Positions 59,301-64,000 of a stretch of DNA of 64,000 bases are shown piece after piece (the first letter of the stretch is position 1; the number at the start of each line of letters is the position of its first letter). Location of the stretch: positions 11,533,818-11,597,817 of the forward strand of contig CM119265.1 in assembly GCA_051294375.1 (NCBI GenBank), given 5' to 3'. Below the pieces are notes generated by a model, which saw only the letters and a list, made by a program, of their open reading frames with translations, was not told where the DNA came from and searched no databases. Origin of the DNA: Paraspadella gotoi. Its lineage: Eukaryota > Animalia > Chaetognatha. The translations under genes and the position numbers were made by a program.

Positions 59301-62300
59301 ATGAAAATTTTTGGCTCTGGATAAAAATTTTGAGATTTGCAGGAGAAAAAAAGCAAGCAGATAATAAATGGGCGAACTAACAATATAACACGTATTTTAA
59401 AAGGAAATAACAAATAAAAACAAATTTATCAAAACGAATACCGAAATCACAGCTAAGCAGGTATCGTAACATGCAGTAGAGGGGAGACGCAGACAACAGA
59501 GATGTAAGAGAGGATAGAGGCAGACAAAAAGTTAGATAAGAAAGAGACAGTACAGAGAATGAGAGAGAAAGAGAGAAAGCTGGACAGCCGTGGAGGAGCT
59601 GTAAACATCACCGCTGCAGAGTCTGAACAAGCTCGTTTAATTTTAAAGGGTTCAGAAGCGGCAAAGCAAACTGACACAAAATAGCAAACAAGATATAATA
59701 TATAATACGTGTAATCGTTAGGAAAAAGAAAATAAAAAGAAAAAAAAGAAAAGAAAAAAATGCTCTCAATGACAAAGTTGGTATAGAGTCTCGTCATCAG
59801 AGTTAGTTTTCTTTCTACACTCTATATGCCTTTGTAAAAGACTTTTTATATTGTATTATTATAGTGGATTATGAAATTAGATATAGGGCGTCACGTCCAA
59901 AAGGGAGAAAAGTGTGTATATATTTGACTGTATATCACGCATGTTTCAATAATTATATTTGAATATCATCATAAGATTTATCTCCTTTATATGAATTTTA
60001 ACCTTTTAATTCCGGCACATATAATTATTAATAATCTTGGCGAGATTAAGATAAAAAATAGGGTATTGAGTAGTTAGAAGGCAATTTATATCTATCTGGG
60101 ATACATAAACTCTCTGGATATTATATTTGGAAGTATTTTCAAGAGATTCTATAATTCTTTCATTTTGCATCATCATAATGCTCAAAGTGTAAATATTCAA
60201 TAATGATAGTGGAAAATTAGAAAAACAAAAAAAATACTTTGTGGTTAAATTGAATACAATAATGTACATAGATGAGAGAAAATATTAAGATAGCTTACCT
60301 CTTCTCAGAGATATGAAGACACACCCATATTTATTTGAGACATTTATTGCTTAAGTGATTCAGCATTTAATCTTCTCTCTATCTTTAAAAAAATTAACTA
60401 ATAGTATTCTCGTAATTCATATTATAACACTCTATCTTCTTATTTAAGATAAAACAGGGGATAACGCTACTCTCAGATCACAAAATTATAAAGTTCGATA
60501 TGGTTATAAGGTTATTTATATACTAAATATAGTTTCTGTGACGACATGACCCTCACGAACGACCGTAACAAAAGAGAGGTAATAAAGTATAGCTGACCGA
60601 TACGAATATCAATAAATCGATACAGCCATGTATAATCCAAGGCTTCAGAGAGTCTACGGGAGGCTACACGATAATAAAAAGCACGTAAGGTGTTTCCCTC
60701 ATGTTATACTTTCTGGAGCTCGATAACTGTTCTTTGACGCTGCGATCACCATTCGGAGGTAGGGTGCGTCAGAATTTCTATGTTACAGAGTACACAGTTT
60801 CTGTTTACAGCATTTGCCTAGAGCGACTCATGTGGTTCTGATTATTAATCGATTGTTGGAGTATACCAACAGAAAGATCCGTAATTCTAATATAAATATC
60901 TCCACTAAGATTTCATTTCTCTAATATAAATCATTATTCAGAAAAAAACCCTTATTGAACATAACATTAGCACGATACAAATTATATCGTCTATAGAGCG
61001 ACCTTATAATTGATTTATTTTTTCTCGAGACCTAGAAGCACCCACGCCCATCTGCACGAGTAACACAAATAAACGCAGCCAACGGTTAGCCGTGTCTCTT
61101 GGAGGTTTTTCTTTCTAATCTTTTGTATGTTAAATATAGGGTGCGAAAGTGGAAAGCTTTAGTAGACACACGCCTGGAGTCAAAATACTAATTCAATGGT
61201 TTAGAATGGATGGTCAAATTCTCTATTGTAATTACATGACTTAATGTTTCAAAAAAAAAAAAAATAATTGTATTAGGAGAAGCGCCGCCGCGTAGTGAAT
61301 GGGGATAAAATTCGGAACACTCATTTGGAAAGTATTGTTAAATCACATATTTTTTCTATCAATAGAGTAAGTTTACTTTCTAAAAAAATATATACAGGGT
61401 GTGGTAATAAATAACTATAGTGCCACAAAACGTGTCCGCACCCTTCGCTTTTTCATGATGGGTGGAGAGTGATAGGTGGTTTTCCGGGCCATTTTTCATA
61501 GATATTAATTTTAAAAGTTTCTTTCCCGCTTTTTACTCCAGAGCGACTATGAAAGCTATAAGACGGAAGCTCTACTCTCCAGGATTTAGTAATTAAAGTA
61601 ACTACCTTAGAATTATTCCGTATCGAGTTTAATACGCTTCCTCTTTTACTTCTAATTATAACTATCGAGAAAAGAATGAGAAAGTAATATATTACATACA
61701 CATAAAATAATATTAAACAAAAAAATGGATCACATAACTTGTAAAAGCAACTATCATACTTTTTTCTGTGCGAGCACTATAGTGACCTCGTTATTCCATA
61801 TGATAGTCAAAGCAAATAATTCATTTATATGATTAAACGAAAATTTGTATAAAAGATCTACATATATCTTAAGTGGTAAAATATTTTTTTTGAAAAGACA
61901 ACTCACACCGAACCCATGTGCCCTATATAACGTGATCTCCCAAATAATTGTGTAGCACTTACAATATATTGTATTGAATGTACAATTAGTAAACAATAAA
62001 CAATAAGGTATATATCATTTAGCGCCTACATGTAACGCCTACTGAACGTAATCAAAAGATTCCATCGAGGTTTTTTCGCTAAAGGGTAAAAAAATAATAC
62101 TCACATTCTTTATACATCTTCTATATAGGAACAAAGGATAGATATGCAATGGAGACAATTAGGTTAAATTTATATAATTAATGTTTCTACCGGGTCACAG
62201 AAAAAAAAGCAAGCACTCAGTCCTCACGATGTTTACTCGCGCAATTGAAATATTTGTAGAAAAATAAATTCAAAGACAATGTTGATGACAATAATCTTTG

Positions 62301-64000
62301 TGCACGGAGAGATCACGAAAACACAAATGCCATTCGTAGCTTTGGAAAGCATTTTCCTTTCGCCAATTACGAAGAGATTTTTCACTTACGGCATTACAAG
62401 ATAATCGGAATCTCGAGAGAACTGAGACGTTGGTTTCTTCCCGGTATGACACAAATCTCCGTTATAGATATTAATCCTGAATTCTAGTCTACGACGAATA
62501 TTCTTACCAGGGAAATACGGGTCTTCACTTTAATTTGTACTTTTGAAATTATAATTAGAGTGTTCTAAGTACAAAATGATATTTCGACAAACATTGGAGA
62601 GCTGAAAATTTCTCCATCACTCTTCAACTTTCTCCAAATAGAATAGCTGCTAATCATCTTTCACATACCATAATCATATATGAAATCATGTAAAGTCCTA
62701 AAATTTTTTGAGAGGGCCTTTCAGACAAACGACACACTTTTATGCGACAAGGATCTCCCACAAATATAAGGAACTTATACATTTTTGTTTGAACTAAAAA
62801 CATTAACCTGAATTTTCTAGATGCACATTTATATTTATTCGGGTATATTACAGAAGGAAAATAAATCTCCTTTTTCATTTCTTATTTATATATATATTCT
62901 TCCAAGAGTATATTGCGAAAAAAATTCTTTTTTTGCCGAGTCCAAGTAAAAGCTCTCTACGTCTTGATATCTGCTTCTAGCGCTTGAAGTTTCTTGATAT
63001 TCAAAGTTGATTTTGTTTATCAGATTTTATTGAATTCAGGGGTAGGTAAAATAAAATTGTCGTTGAGCCCCCCTCCTCCCAATGTTAGTAGCAATACTTA
63101 GATATTAAATATCGAATTGCGCAATAACAATAGGTTGTTGATTTACTCTTCTATCTGATCTATTTTATTATAGATATTCTTTACCTTCAGGTATTGTCGA
63201 ATTTTATATTGTTTATTGGTGTCATAGTCATGATTTTTATGAAACTCTCTGAGAAAATTTCGCCATTTATAGAAAAAGATCCCATTTCCTTCTCTGATTC
63301 TCTAAAGAACGTAATCGTAACGGACCTTCCATTACATTTTATTAATATTTTTTCTCTTTTGATTTTTAATATGGATATTATTATGATTAATAAGTTTTTA
63401 TTAAATTTTCTATTATTTTTCATATATATATCCTTTTTAATATTAAGATTATAAAACCACCTATAACTTTTATATTATTCAATTAATTTAGGTGTGCGTT
63501 CTCTAATAATACTTAATCTCTCATTTTATCTTGAGATTATTTTAATTTTTCACAATGTTGGATTTTCTGTTTCTTTATATATATTATCTTTTTCTTAATT
63601 TATCATTTTATAATTCTCGTCACCATCTTTTTGATATATTTATTGTCACTTAAATTATTTCTTTTATTGCCTAAATATATAAAATTTTTCCTATTTTTTT
63701 TATTTAATATATTAATTTATCCATATTTGGTATAATACATTAAATAAATATATATAATTTGTTATAATATTAATAATTCAAAATATGTAATTAGGTTCGA
63801 CTTGTACTTCTAAAAATTCTATTTTAGTTTTAAAACACTTTAGGTAATTTGGTATTATTTGAGGAGTCGACTAATGTGGGTATAGGGGTTTAGGCAAAGG
63901 CGTCAATAAGGAGTATCTTCATTGGCTCAACTTTTATAGCTATTTTATATATTGAACAGTCAAGAGAGGATATAGTGTTCATTTTTTAAATGTTAAAAAC
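53376..64000. other. Assembly artefact: garbled, insertion-expanded copy of ~46575-52930 after a 25-N gap (53351-53375)
   Basis: Recognisable fragments of the ePHD gene exons, the minisatellite and the transposons appear in the same order but interleaved with each other and with noise. Confidence 0.88.

Noticed and set aside
53408-63454. ORFs after the second gap (e.g. 56252-56890)
   Set aside because: The region is a garbled copy of ~46575-52930, so the ORFs are chance products.

Overview
This is eukaryotic (metazoan, invertebrate-type) genomic DNA with GC- and CpG-rich exons inside very AT-rich, transposon-filled introns. Five protein-coding genes lie head-to-tail on the minus strand. In transcription order they are: a gene with an extended-PHD (PHF6/PHF11-like) finger whose 5' part is missing, DDX19/DBP5, a neprilysin/ECE (M13) peptidase, PARL-type rhomboid and HEATR1/UTP10 (3' part runs off the window). 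Stop-to-start spacers are only about 180-615 bp while introns reach several kb, which suggests an SL-trans-spliced operon. The DDX19 orthologue carries an unexpected dsRNA-binding-domain-like insertion in its N-terminal extension and has a GC-AG intron. Large introns appear to be short native introns inflated by co-oriented Helentron-associated (HINE-like) elements with co-varying subterminal repeats. Nested in them are a 7-bp-TSD DNA transposon family, a 4-bp-TSD TIR element, a tRNA-derived SINE, structured solo LTRs, MITEs, a decayed Ty3/Gypsy element and a 22-bp minisatellite. About 21 kb (7557-17665 in part, and 53376-64000) is assembly artefact: error-rich or garbled duplicates, two of them abutting 25-N gaps. 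ORFs there are spurious. Family assignments come from motif recognition by eye, not from database searches.
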